Shown piece after piece: positions 30,192 through 40,806 of a stretch of 64,000 bases of DNA. The stretch covers positions 32,001 through 96,000 of the IMG/VR virus record IMGVR_UViG_3300027749_000062. One strand, written 5' to 3'. Position numbers and translations under genes: made by a program. Positions within the stretch are counted from its first letter, which is position 1. The number at the start of each line of letters is the position of its first letter. Under the pieces are notes generated by a model that saw only the letters and a list, made by a program, of their open reading frames with translations, did no database searches and was not told where the DNA came from. The stretch is from a virus.

Positions 30192-33100
30192 TTATCCTAT
30201 TAGAAGCCAAGCGCCTGTTTCTGAAGTTAATATATCACCGGTTTCTGTTCCTAGTTGAGCAAGATACTGTGTTCCGACTGGTCCAATAATTTGAACATTG
30301 TTGTATAGAGAAGTAATACTTCTACCAACAGAAATATATCCGTTTGCACCACTTGTCAATGGACCACTTAAAGTAACAGAAGTATACGGAGAACTGAAAG
30401 ATGTTACTGTCTGAGCTACTCCATTAACTGTAATCGTATCACCAACACGAATAATATCTAATATAGGATACGCCGTATTACTATAGGTACCATTGTTGAC
30501 AATGTTATAACTATATGTCAATGATGTTATATTTATTATCTGGTTATTACCATTGGATGCAGAAGTACCTACAGCCACATTTGCAAAGTATGTCCAAACA
30601 TTGTCTTGTAGTGTTACTGTATTCGCTGCATAGTTTATTTTAGAAACTAAACCATGAACGGAATCATTGATTCCTGTTCCATAAACAAATACGATTTCTG
30701 TGGTATTTGCAGTAAGAAAACTAGCAATATTTGCACCATACAAATTATTGAAAGTAACCATGTTATTACTTGGAGTTGTTGCATTACCTGCCGAAATAGA
30801 TACTGTTGCAGCATTTCCTGCATAGAAACCTAGTGTGTGGCCTGTATCTAATGCATCATTGACAATGAAGTTCATATTGTTGCTTGAACGCATTGCAATT
30901 CGACCAATAACTCTTGTGCCTGATGGATGTAATAGATTCAATAACACATCACGATACTTTTCAATCTCTTTAGATAGTGTTATTTGATAGGTGTAGTTAT
31001 TATAATCCACACTTTGCAATACATCAAAGGCGCTTGGTTGACCTGAAGTGTCCAAATATTGGCCATTTCCAATTACCAAACCATTCAAGAAAGTTGCATT
31101 CGCTTTTGCAAAACCATCACCATATGTAATTATACCATTTGCAGAATCAAATCGTGTATTCTCTACAGAATTATCAAATGTGGTATTATGTATGGATGTA
31201 TAACCAGAAACAAGAGAATAAGCAGCACTCCTAACATCAATTTTCAATGGCAGATTTTTATTAGGTATTGCATTATAGTTATATACTCTCAACTGGTATA
31301 TACTGTTATTTGCAGGAATATAATTTTGTAATGCGTTGATTGAGTCCACAGAAGCAATATATGTGGCAGTATTTACATTTGCACCTTGATAAATTATATC
31401 ACCATTCACTGGTATACTCAATGTCGAAACATTGGAAACAATTAAGTCTTGGACTTTTAATGATACTCTTGGTGCGCTAATATAATCTTGACCGTTTTCT
31501 GTGATATTGAATGATGTAATTGCACCTACACGATTTAATGTTTGTGAAAAAGTTGCACCTGTACCTAAAGTTCCAGGTATCGATAATTGTGCCGTTCCTA
31601 AATAATATGAATTTGCATTTCCATTAATTTTAGAATTTGCAGTAAGTATCATTGATGTTGCATTGACAATAGATTGAACCGTACCAATTACAATATTTGT
31701 ATTTGTTACCAGTAAAGCACCATTACTGAATTGTGCAGTAAAGTTTGTTCCGTTACCTGTAACTGTTGAACTTGTTGTTCTTATTGTTACATTACCATTG
31801 GCTGTACGTTTAACAACAGCAACAGGTAATGAATTCATGTAACCCATGCCACCTAAAGAAATCATATTGGTTAAGTTACTTACATAGTCCGCAGATACAA
31901 TTGAACCAGAACTATTGACAGTTACATTAGCAAAAGCACCATAACCAGATCCACCAATAATTGCAATTTGGTCATTGTTAGCATAACCTGAACCCGGTTT
32001 AACTATTTGAATTGGTGAAAGAATACCTAAGTTAGCTAGATTTGTTTGAGAATAGACATCCGTCGTATATTCTGATATAGCTTGTATGGATGGTGGAGAA
32101 CTTAAACCACCGCCTTGATTTTGTACAATAAGTGATGCAATTGGATACGTTGTAAAACCAGTAAATGAAAACGCATTTGCTAAAGTTGTATTTGCATTTG
32201 CACTTAAATTATTTGCAAACTGATAAGATTGTTGTGTCCAAAGTCCTGTTGATACATTATATGTGTTTGCGCCTGAACTGCCTGCAATATTTCCAATGCA
32301 ATGGTATCTCTTTAACTGTATACTATCGGTTGGAATAAAAGTTACATTTGCAATTCCTGCAGGATTTAAAGTACCAACTGTTGCAATAGGTGATGATGGA
32401 CTTGAACCTGATAGATTTGTAAATTGTATAAAAGTATTTGCACCACCAATTTGCAGGTTTGCTGTAGATGTGGTATAACCATATCCCTCATTCGAAACAA
32501 CAATACGCTGAATTGAACCTGATGTAACTTGGCCAACATATGCGGTTGCACCAACTGGTCCAGCCACATTTGAATTTAACCCACCATAAAAAACAATTGG
32601 ATCACCTGTACTATAAGATAGACCTCTATTGTTTGGATCAATAACAACCTGACTAATTTGGCCAACAATGAGTGCTGTCAGAGATTCTGAACCAGCTGTT
32701 CCTTCTGGTACTATTGCACCATTGAGGAAATATAATGTTTGATTATTTGAATCAACAACAGTAACTGTTTCACCTGATTGGAATAATCTTTCAACATTTG
32801 AAATGAATACTTCTGTTTTAAGACCATCAAATATTGCAGTTTCAACTGTTGCAATAGATTTTGAAATGTTGCCAAATACTCTAAGGTTTTGAATTGACAG
32901 GAAGTTTTTATCACTGGTCGCCAATTTCAAACTTCTAGGAACATACCACTTACCAGCAGAAGCTTTTAGTAAAGCATCTTTAGTATAAAAAAATTCTACA
33001 TCAGAATTGTAGAGTATTCTAAACAAAAACTTATAAGAAGCAGGCGTACCTTTACTTTCATACAGTTGTTTTGCTATTTTGATTGCTTTTCTTTTATCTG

Positions 33101-33350
33101 CCAATATTTCTTGTGGGAAATAAGACATAAAATCATTTACATAATACTGTAAGAACTGCTCTGTGGTTGTGTCTACATCCATGTAATTCAAAAGATTCTT
33201 AGAGAAATCTAATGTATTATTTTGTTCTTCTAACCATTCATAGTATGCCTGTATGAATAAGACAAAATTGGCGTAGTTTGGGTCCTCACTAATGAATTTA
33301 GGAAGCTGAAAAGGAACCAGTAACGATGTTTTATTGGTACTTTGTAACAT
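30192..33350 (-). CDS. gp7: Baseplate wedge initiator (gp7-like)
   Basis: 1052 aa. QLPKFI.ED..NFV.F..AYYEWLE, YESKGT..SYKFLFR.LY, LQS.DYN.YTY, LLHPSG motifs; follows gp6. Confidence 0.75.
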   Translation of the reverse strand: MLQSTNKTSLLVPFQLPKFISEDPNYANFVLFIQAYYEWLEEQNNTLDFSKNLLNYMDVDTTTEQFLQYYVNDFMSYFPQEILADKRKAIKIAKQLYESKGTPASYKFLFRILYNSDVEFFYTKDALLKASAGKWYVPRSLKLATSDKNFLSIQNLRVFGNISKSIATVETAIFDGLKTEVFISNVERLFQSGETVTVVDSNNQTLYFLNGAIVPEGTAGSESLTALIVGQISQVVIDPNNRGLSYSTGDPIVFYGGLNSNVAGPVGATAYVGQVTSGSIQRIVVSNEGYGYTTSTANLQIGGANTFIQFTNLSGSSPSSPIATVGTLNPAGIANVTFIPTDSIQLKRYHCIGNIAGSSGANTYNVSTGLWTQQSYQFANNLSANANTTLANAFSFTGFTTYPIASLIVQNQGGGLSSPPSIQAISEYTTDVYSQTNLANLGILSPIQIVKPGSGYANNDQIAIIGGSGYGAFANVTVNSSGSIVSADYVSNLTNMISLGGMGYMNSLPVAVVKRTANGNVTIRTTSSTVTGNGTNFTAQFSNGALLVTNTNIVIGTVQSIVNATSMILTANSKINGNANSYYLGTAQLSIPGTLGTGATFSQTLNRVGAITSFNITENGQDYISAPRVSLKVQDLIVSNVSTLSIPVNGDIIYQGANVNTATYIASVDSINALQNYIPANNSIYQLRVYNYNAIPNKNLPLKIDVRSAAYSLVSGYTSIHNTTFDNSVENTRFDSANGIITYGDGFAKANATFLNGLVIGNGQYLDTSGQPSAFDVLQSVDYNNYTYQITLSKEIEKYRDVLLNLLHPSGTRVIGRIAMRSSNNMNFIVNDALDTGHTLGFYAGNAATVSISAGNATTPSNNMVTFNNLYGANIASFLTANTTEIVFVYGTGINDSVHGLVSKINYAANTVTLQDNVWTYFANVAVGTSASNGNNQIINITSLTYSYNIVNNGTYSNTAYPILDIIRVGDTITVNGVAQTVTSFSSPYTSVTLSGPLTSGANGYISVGRSITSLYNNVQIIGPVGTQYLAQLGTETGDILTSETGAWLLIG

Positions 33351-33354
33351 TTAA

Positions 33355-35430
33355 TTAACTTTTCTTAGCTGTAACAGAAACACTCACCGCAGCTGAGTCA
33401 TATGGATCAATTGTAATTATTCTATTCAACGAAGAAGATATGATTGTCGTTGTTGGTTGACATGATATGGTTAATTGGCCCAAATCATTATCGACTGATA
33501 CAGGATTAAAATTACTTAATATAACAATACCATTTGTGTAATCGATTGTGCCTACATTAGCAGAAACAACAACTTTACCTTTAACTGTATCGTTAATGTA
33601 ACTTCTTATTGTTCCATATTGACCTTGTAACTGTGCCACTACAGATGCGCCTGTACCTGTAGTGTCTCCAACAGCAGCAATAATTGTAGCTAGTGCGGAA
33701 GTGTATCCAACGCCTGCATTTGTTACGGTGACTGAATACAACTTGTTGTTAACAATTTTGGCAGTAGCTGTTGCGCCTGTTCCATCACCTGTAATTACCA
33801 CAGTTGGTGTATCAGTATAATTATAACCTGGATTTAATACTGAAATTGAATCTATACCAACGGTAGATGTGGGAACTTCTTCAAAATAAACACCACTCAA
33901 TGTTGTTGCAGTATTGCTTGGATTTGTAATAGTTACACTTGGATAACTAACTAAAGAAGAACCATATAACCCGCGTTTTAATTTGCTATTATAATAGAGA
34001 TTATATGTCGTTGAAGTACCTAATGTAGGATAAAATTTCTTTTGGACATTTATAGTAAAATCAGAAGAAACTACAGATTTATTGTATGAGTTTATTGTGG
34101 TTAAAACATCATATGAACTGAATGTGGAATTAAAAGTGTTTAGATTATTTGCCGCATAATTGTAAATAGCATTTTGTATTCCTGTTTGCATTGTTCCAGG
34201 AGTCAAAGTAGTCTGAGCCGTGTTATAAAGTACATTTGCAGAAACTTGAATATAGGTATAATCTGGATCAATAATCGTAGGTTCAACCGTCATCATACTA
34301 ATTGGTTTAAGAACCTGAGTTTTAATCAATTCTTTTTGTGTCGTTGTTAAATCGTAGGCACCTTTTGGTTTTAATGAGATAAACACTTGACCATAAACTG
34401 GCGGAATATTTTCTTCGCCACCCCAAACAGAAACTGCATCGAAAGAAATGCCTAAAGAGTTTTGTTGAACTGCTGTGATATAATCATTCTTACTTACTGC
34501 ACGGCCTTGTGCTGCAAAAGCTTTTGGTGCTTGGAATTTAATAGAAGCAATCGCCTCTTTTTCTATGCCTTGAGTTGCAGCCATTATTGGATTAACAGTT
34601 ATAGTGGCATAAGAACCAATATTGTCCATTAACACAAAGTTATTGGCTAATCCACCAGCAGTTCCCAATGTTGTTAGATAATTAACTCTTACGATATTTC
34701 CATCAGACAATTGTTTACCTAAAACGCCGTCACCAAAATAAATTTGATAATTTCCATTTACTGCTTCTTGAACAAAATATACCTTACTTGTTGGATTTAA
34801 TTCCAAATAACTTGTTTCACTATTATAAACATCATAGTAGGTATTTGTACTAGACTCTTGAACCAATACTTCTATTGTAGATAAATCAATATTGGTATCT
34901 GGAATTTCATATATGTAATTTGGATTGTTTGTAGAGTTTACGATAAAACTGTATGATGAAAGGCTTCCTTGTTTCAATTCAATCATTGGAAATTTTGCAA
35001 AATTGTTAACCACACTTGCTGTTGTAGCTGTTGTTGTAACATAATTAAAATTTGTTCCATTAACAGGTTCTGAAAGAAACTTTGTATATTTTGGGATTGT
35101 GAGACTTGTAGTTGTCACTCCACTAAAAACAAGATTAATTTCTGCAATAGGTCCAACTGCCGATTTTGGAACATAATTCATTAATTTTGCATGAGAAACA
35201 ACCGAAGAACGCTGCAATGCCGAATCTAAAAACATTTCATTTGCAACCATGTTTAGATAGAAAGCATTATATTGTGTGTTGTATGCAAGAACATCCAATA
35301 GTGTAGAAAGAGCTGAACCTGTAAAGTTGTAATCTTTAAATGTGTCTTGAGATTGCAAATAGGTAATGAAATTTCTCTTGATATCCGAGAAATCTAGATT
35401 AGCTACTTGTATGTTTGTATTTGATGCCAT
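33355..35430 (-). CDS. gp6: Baseplate wedge subunit
   Basis: 691 aa. LDF..IK...FKDYNF.GS.LS.LLDVLAYNT.YNAFY.NM.ANEMFLDSA, FGDGVLGK, RAVS..DY, VWGGE motifs. Confidence 0.95.
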   Translation of the reverse strand: MASNTNIQVANLDFSDIKRNFITYLQSQDTFKDYNFTGSALSTLLDVLAYNTQYNAFYLNMVANEMFLDSALQRSSVVSHAKLMNYVPKSAVGPIAEINLVFSGVTTTSLTIPKYTKFLSEPVNGTNFNYVTTTATTASVVNNFAKFPMIELKQGSLSSYSFIVNSTNNPNYIYEIPDTNIDLSTIEVLVQESSTNTYYDVYNSETSYLELNPTSKVYFVQEAVNGNYQIYFGDGVLGKQLSDGNIVRVNYLTTLGTAGGLANNFVLMDNIGSYATITVNPIMAATQGIEKEAIASIKFQAPKAFAAQGRAVSKNDYITAVQQNSLGISFDAVSVWGGEENIPPVYGQVFISLKPKGAYDLTTTQKELIKTQVLKPISMMTVEPTIIDPDYTYIQVSANVLYNTAQTTLTPGTMQTGIQNAIYNYAANNLNTFNSTFSSYDVLTTINSYNKSVVSSDFTINVQKKFYPTLGTSTTYNLYYNSKLKRGLYGSSLVSYPSVTITNPSNTATTLSGVYFEEVPTSTVGIDSISVLNPGYNYTDTPTVVITGDGTGATATAKIVNNKLYSVTVTNAGVGYTSALATIIAAVGDTTGTGASVVAQLQGQYGTIRSYINDTVKGKVVVSANVGTIDYTNGIVILSNFNPVSVDNDLGQLTISCQPTTTIISSSLNRIITIDPYDSAAVSVSVTAKKS

Positions 35431-35822
35431 TATCTGGACCTTTGAAGAATTAGGTTAACTGCTGTTGGTACTGAGTTATTTCCAACATAAAAACTTAAAT
35501 AAACTAAAAATGAATTTCCATCTTCATTAAGTGTAATTTCCAACTCATCAATAGCAACCCTTGGCTCATAATTTTTAATAGTATTTCTTATTTCTGTATC
35601 TAAAATTGAGGCGGTAACTTCTGTCGCTGGTTCAAATAGTAATCGATTTAAATTGGAACCAACATCAGGCTGAAAAGGCCTCTCATAAAAATTAGTCAAC
35701 AAAAGATTTCTAACCGAGGCTATTACGGCATTCTCATCATAACGGAGAGCAATATCATTTGTACCTGGCACACGCTTGAATGTGAGGTCTATGTCTGAGT
35801 ATATTTTTTTTAATGTTGCCAT
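35430..35822 (-). CDS. gp25: Baseplate wedge subunit
   Basis: 130 aa. YSDIDL.F, SVRNLLLT..YERPFQP..GS, NYEPRV motifs. Confidence 0.95.
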   Translation of the reverse strand: MATLKKIYSDIDLTFKRVPGTNDIALRYDENAVIASVRNLLLTNFYERPFQPDVGSNLNRLLFEPATEVTASILDTEIRNTIKNYEPRVAIDELEITLNEDGNSFLVYLSFYVGNNSVPTAVNLILQRSR

Positions 35823-35841
35823 CTTCTATTTATTACTCTTA

Positions 35842-36684
35842 TTAAGAGACATTTGCGGTTTGTGTCTGAGAGAGTAATCTAGTTTTCAACTTGTTTGTTC
35901 CAATATAAGTGTTTACTAATAGAGTTTCAGTTGCACCCAATTCACTTAATGGAGCAACTACAGAATAATCAGCTATAACAGCCGCTGAATTTGTAAAGAA
36001 TGCATTATCTTGTGTAGTATAAGTTGTCATCAAAGAAGTGATGGATCCTATAGTGCTACTTATTGCTTGTGTTTGCGCCAAAGTTAAATTAGAAGTATTT
36101 GGTGTACCCATCGTAATACTATTTGAAAGTGTAATTTGTTGTGAGGACAATGTGTTACTAAGTGTACTTAATGTATTACCTAAAGTTATACTAGTAAAAT
36201 TACCCATAATAGGTGAATTATTTTGCACGCCATCAGATTGATATGTGATATAGGACAATATTTTACCATATCCTATTGCCATTCTGTAATGAACTGTAGT
36301 CACATCACTTCCCGGATCAACAACATTGGATTGTCTATTAGTAACATACAAGTAATTGTTTACTGTACCTACTGCACCAACGGCTGTATTGCCTAAATCA
36401 CGCAAAGCTTGTGTGACTGTAGAAGATATAGTGGATTGAACATTGATAGCCAATGTTGCAGCATTTATTGAATTGAGTGCAGATGTTATCGTTATAGTTA
36501 ATGGTGCCACAGGATTGACAAAATAACCACCAGTATTGGATGTGGAAATGTCTTCGGTTTGCCATGCATTCAATAATTGTGGCATAAATGCCAAATTGTT
36601 TGCAACGGCACTACTGTCGGTTGTAACTGTCGCGTTGGTTGTTGGGTCTGTTGAATTGAACCCTAATCTTCCATAAATACTCAT
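35842..36684 (-). CDS. Hypothetical virion protein between gp5 and gp25
   Basis: 280 aa, Ser/Thr/Asn-rich. RBS present; located in the baseplate operon. Confidence 0.55.
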   Translation of the reverse strand: MSIYGRLGFNSTDPTTNATVTTDSSAVANNLAFMPQLLNAWQTEDISTSNTGGYFVNPVAPLTITITSALNSINAATLAINVQSTISSTVTQALRDLGNTAVGAVGTVNNYLYVTNRQSNVVDPGSDVTTVHYRMAIGYGKILSYITYQSDGVQNNSPIMGNFTSITLGNTLSTLSNTLSSQQITLSNSITMGTPNTSNLTLAQTQAISSTIGSITSLMTTYTTQDNAFFTNSAAVIADYSVVAPLSELGATETLLVNTYIGTNKLKTRLLSQTQTANVS

Positions 36685-36693
36685 AATATATCC

Positions 36694-37548
36694 TTAAGCT
36701 GTAATTTCTGGTCTTGTTGGTGGACTTGTTGGTCCATTCGGTGCAATATGAGATTGTAAATTTCGTAAAATTCCATTGATAATATCTTTCGCAAAGAAAG
36801 AAGTTGATATTGCAGATGATGATAATGGCGCAGACATTGAAACTAAAGAATTGATTGGACCCAAACTAGAAATTTGGCCAGGAAATGGCACACCTGTTCC
36901 AACGGAAATACCACCTCCAGGTGTTGCAAAACCACCAAATGAAGCGGACATACCAGATATACAATCCACTCGACCTGAAGAAAAAATATAGTTGCCTGTT
37001 ATTGAACCCTCAGACCTTATATCTCCAAGAACATTCACATATTCACCTGGAACAAGATTTATACCACCACCTAGTGCGCCACCAGCTTTAATATCCATAT
37101 CGCCTTGTGAAACAAAACTGGTCAAACCTTCCACTACTGTAGTATAATTACCTTTAACATGTAATTCATAATTACCATCAATTTGTTCATTAACATTGCC
37201 TTGCGTATAAATGTTCGCATCACCTAAAACGGTAATGTTCATGTTTCCATTAATGAGTATGTTTTTATCTTTGATTGTTATTTCATATCCATCACCATAG
37301 ACCTTATGCACCTCATCACCATTAGGATGCATTTCAATAAATGTACCTGTACGGTGTTGCAACCTAACTCTCTCCCTTGTTGGAGTGTCATCCATTTCAA
37401 ATGCATGGCCACTAGGAGTTTGTGTTGCATTATTAAAAGGATAAATTGGTTGATAATCCGCCACCTTTGTCAACGGGTTAATACTTGTATTTGCCGCTGA
37501 TTCGGGTTCTGTCCATGCGTTAAAATAATCTGGTTTTTTAATTGTCAT
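36694..37548 (-). CDS. gp5: Baseplate central spike, gp5 C-terminal part (beta-helix)
   Basis: YPFN...T.SGH.FEMDDTP.RER.RLQHRTGTF.EMHPNG and V.GN beta-helix repeats. Start placed at MTIKK (37548). Confidence 0.8.
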   Translation of the reverse strand: MTIKKPDYFNAWTEPESAANTSINPLTKVADYQPIYPFNNATQTPSGHAFEMDDTPTRERVRLQHRTGTFIEMHPNGDEVHKVYGDGYEITIKDKNILINGNMNITVLGDANIYTQGNVNEQIDGNYELHVKGNYTTVVEGLTSFVSQGDMDIKAGGALGGGINLVPGEYVNVLGDIRSEGSITGNYIFSSGRVDCISGMSASFGGFATPGGGISVGTGVPFPGQISSLGPINSLVSMSAPLSSSAISTSFFAKDIINGILRNLQSHIAPNGPTSPPTRPEITA

Positions 37549-37561
37549 TATAAACTTCCAA

Positions 37562-38449
37562 TTATGGTTTACCTTTAGTAACTGAATCACCTGAGAACCA
37601 TTTACCTGCGGCCTCTTTACCAGATTCTATTCCAGCATTAATTGATGCACTAAGATTGTCTATATTTGCATTTAGTGGATCAGTTACATATGTTGTTATA
37701 GTTGTTGGTTGTGGTGCTTCATTTTCATTCAAGTAAGCTGCTGTGAGACTAGCTTCTGTTCCGGCCAAACCATTGGCAAACGCCGCACCAACAGAAGCTA
37801 TTCCTGATTTAAAATTTAATACGCAATCTTCTAATATTTTTTTCACTTGGTCAGGTAATGAGTTTATCCAAGCTGTAATTTCATTTAATTGTTGTAATAT
37901 ATAATAAACCATGGCAACATCGGCTACAACTTGAGCTGCAATTTTTAAATATTGATTAATTTGTCTCACTTTATCTTTAAAATAAGCGAAATTTATTGAA
38001 AAAGTTCCAGTCACATCAGCATTAAGTCCGGCTAAAATTGCATTGATTGCAGTTCTGAATAATTGATTTAATCTTGTTATTGCTGTGCGAATTGCAGCAG
38101 ACGCAGCATTTTTACCATTTTTAATTGCACCCAATAATATTCCCACATTTGGAACTAAAGCAGTCAAAGATAAATTTGCATTTAATCTAAATTTAAAATC
38201 ACAAACGTGTGCAACTTGACTGTTAGTAATATAAACACCGGTGTTAATCAATGCACCTCTAGCAATACCGGGGGAAGTTTGAACACCTTTGGTTGAAAAC
38301 GAACCACCCCATGACCATTGTGCAGGTCTTCCATAATCTGATACATAAAGGCCATTTGATGCATTTGGATTAGGATTCATCTCCAGTGTTGGTCCAGTTG
38401 CTGGTTTATAATTAACATAATCCAATGAGAGTTCAGCTTGAATGGCCAT
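37562..38449 (-). CDS. gp5-locus middle protein (helical, unknown function)
   Basis: 295 aa between the OB-fold and beta-helix genes, with its own RBS (AAGGA). No lysozyme motifs seen. Confidence 0.55.
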   Translation of the reverse strand: MAIQAELSLDYVNYKPATGPTLEMNPNPNASNGLYVSDYGRPAQWSWGGSFSTKGVQTSPGIARGALINTGVYITNSQVAHVCDFKFRLNANLSLTALVPNVGILLGAIKNGKNAASAAIRTAITRLNQLFRTAINAILAGLNADVTGTFSINFAYFKDKVRQINQYLKIAAQVVADVAMVYYILQQLNEITAWINSLPDQVKKILEDCVLNFKSGIASVGAAFANGLAGTEASLTAAYLNENEAPQPTTITTYVTDPLNANIDNLSASINAGIESGKEAAGKWFSGDSVTKGKP

Positions 38450-38460
38450 AATTTATCCTT

Positions 38461-38790
38461 TTAAGTTGAATAACCAGCTTTTTGTTCTGGTGTTATTCCA
38501 GGCAATACACCCATCATCACAGGAAATTGGCCACTCTCTCCATCCAAAAAGAAACCAACAACCCAATCATTGAGTTCAGGTGCACCAAATGTTTTTGAAG
38601 TATTTATGGCGTTCATTGGTGTAGCCCAAGGTAAATCCGCATCAGGAATCAGAGTAACATTATCTGTGTGCCATCCAAATATTCTAACTTTACATCTTCC
38701 TAAACCCAATGGATCAGCTCTATTTTTAACAACACCCATCCACCAAACAAATCCATTCAAACCTGCAAAATTAGTGGTCGCCTTTGACAT
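38461..38790 (-). CDS. gp5: gp5 N-terminal OB-fold as a stand-alone protein
   Basis: 109 aa. FVWWMGVV..R.DPL.LGRCKVRIFGWH...DLPWA...WVVGFFLDGE..Q.PVMMG. Confidence 0.85.
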   Translation of the reverse strand: MSKATTNFAGLNGFVWWMGVVKNRADPLGLGRCKVRIFGWHTDNVTLIPDADLPWATPMNAINTSKTFGAPELNDWVVGFFLDGESGQFPVMMGVLPGITPEQKAGYST

Positions 38791-40145
38791 TATATAACTC
38801 CTTTAACCGCATTACTCCAACCAACAGAACCATTATTAGGATCAGCATATAGATTAGGAACACTCTCTTTACATATTTCCAAAATAGTTCTATATTTAAA
38901 TTGATCCAAAATGTGTCTCACCGCAGTAACCAAATAATTTCCTGAATAGAAATCATCTAAGCCTTTAGCTTGTCTAACTGGATCTTTTGAAAGTAAATTA
39001 AATTTAATAACAGATCCAACAGTCAATGCTGGATCACCCCAAACTGAAATTTTCATTCTATTATAATTTGCCAAAGGTATTTGTGCAGTTCTATTCGGTA
39101 TGTAGGTCTCTGCAAAAATATCACGCGCAACTGAACCTGGTTTATTTTTTATGACAGCATAATCGTTTTGATTTGAATTTGCAAAAATCATTTTAAAAGA
39201 TGCTTCTGGTGTTTGATATAAAGTATCACCGTTGCGATTTTTGTAATTGTTAGTTATTGGCCAATTGTTTAATTTTTCAACTTTGTTATTATAATCTGCG
39301 TAACTGAAATCTGTTACTTTATATCTTCTTAATAAAGGATCAACCGACAATAAACGATTTGCAAACATACCTTGATTTACACCAGCTAATGTATCAAAAG
39401 AATCCATTATTTCATATGAAAGTGCATTGTATAAATTGTATGGCATATCGACAACATTTAAATTCCTAGGAGAATAATTATATTCTCTCATTGGACTTTG
39501 TTCATACAAATTTTGTAAAGACCTAAAATTATATCCAAATTTATTCTCATAAAATAACATATCAGCACCAACCATAGTAATAGATCCAAAAGCTCCTGGT
39601 CTTGCATATGTAGCCAACCAATTGATAGCATCAAAAGGTTTTAAAAATGGAACTATGAAATCATAAACACCATATGTATTATCTATTTGCCCCATTCTAT
39701 TATCTGGCACCTGTAGATATGTCTTTAATATATCTTTTATGTTTGTCGTTATATCTGAATTTTTATAAGACTTACTTATTTTATATTGTTCAGAAAGAAA
39801 CAATTCTTCAGAACAAAAGTAGATTGAATATGTTTCTGTATTTCCTTCATTCAAAGATTCTCTTTTACTTATTGTAAAAATGCGAAAACTCTTTTTAATG
39901 ATGTTTGTGGTATCATCAGCTTGACCAAAATGTAAATGAATGAATTCATTACCAGACATACTTAAACTATTTGCTAAGTCTATGGAATCTTTAATCATTA
40001 CATAACCGGAAGCCGTGTTATTAAACAGATCCTCATTATAAGATATTTCTATAAAATTAAAAGACAAATCAATATCACTAGTGGCTGAATGAACAACTAT
40101 ACTAATTAATTGAAAATTACCTGGATATCTTAAATTGTTTGCCAT
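38790..40145 (-). CDS. Baseplate hub protein (gp27-like)
   Basis: 451 aa. EDLF....SG...I.D, PFDAINWL, FYENK.GYNFRSL, GD..LTVG, YSGNYLVTAVRH motifs; lies between gp53 and gp5. Confidence 0.7.
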   Translation of the reverse strand: MANNLRYPGNFQLISIVVHSATSDIDLSFNFIEISYNEDLFNNTASGYVMIKDSIDLANSLSMSGNEFIHLHFGQADDTTNIIKKSFRIFTISKRESLNEGNTETYSIYFCSEELFLSEQYKISKSYKNSDITTNIKDILKTYLQVPDNRMGQIDNTYGVYDFIVPFLKPFDAINWLATYARPGAFGSITMVGADMLFYENKFGYNFRSLQNLYEQSPMREYNYSPRNLNVVDMPYNLYNALSYEIMDSFDTLAGVNQGMFANRLLSVDPLLRRYKVTDFSYADYNNKVEKLNNWPITNNYKNRNGDTLYQTPEASFKMIFANSNQNDYAVIKNKPGSVARDIFAETYIPNRTAQIPLANYNRMKISVWGDPALTVGSVIKFNLLSKDPVRQAKGLDDFYSGNYLVTAVRHILDQFKYRTILEICKESVPNLYADPNNGSVGWSNAVKGVI

Positions 40146-40146
40146 G

Positions 40147-40806
40147 TCACATTTTCATCAAATTATAAAACTGCATTTCAAATTCAGAAACATATTTTGC
40201 GTTAACCAAGTAAATTGACCTACGAGATTCGTTTAGATTCAATTCATAATCATAAATTGTTTCTGTATACTTACTAACTATTTGTGTTACTTGAGCACCA
40301 GTTGTAAAAGTTCTTACAATTGTATCTTCTTGTATAGTCAGATATTCATCAAGACTAACATGATAATTTAATATGTTTGCCTTGTTTGTACTGTTGTCTA
40401 TTGTTTTAACAGATTTAACATAGTATTTTATCTGGCCTTGAGTATAAGATAAAATTTGAGCAGATGTTACTGAACTTTCTGGAATGTTATAAAATGTTGC
40501 ACAATCTGGAGTATACTTATTTTTAATATAAGTGGTGAATAAATTAGAATTCATTGGCCAATCCCATTGTGGGTCAATGATTTGATTAGCGAACAGAACA
40601 ATCCAGTAACGATATGGATCTTCGTAGTACTTACTTGCAATTATTTCAGGTGAATCACTATCTTTCACATTATATGAATAGAACAACAAAGGATTCTTCA
40701 ACAAGCTAGGTACAATTTCAGACCTGACCATAAGATTGGTCAACAATATCTTATTTCCGCTGTAATCGATACTTGATATTTTAGGTAGAGTTTCAAAATA
40801 TTTCAT
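40147..40806 (-). CDS. gp53: Baseplate wedge component
   Basis: 219 aa. YF..LP, PEIIA.KYY.DP..YWIVL..N.I.DP..DWP, YDYE..LNE..R.I motifs. Confidence 0.9.
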   Translation of the reverse strand: MKYFETLPKISSIDYSGNKILLTNLMVRSEIVPSLLKNPLLFYSYNVKDSDSPEIIASKYYEDPYRYWIVLFANQIIDPQWDWPMNSNLFTTYIKNKYTPDCATFYNIPESSVTSAQILSYTQGQIKYYVKSVKTIDNSTNKANILNYHVSLDEYLTIQEDTIVRTFTTGAQVTQIVSKYTETIYDYELNLNESRRSIYLVNAKYVSEFEMQFYNLMKM

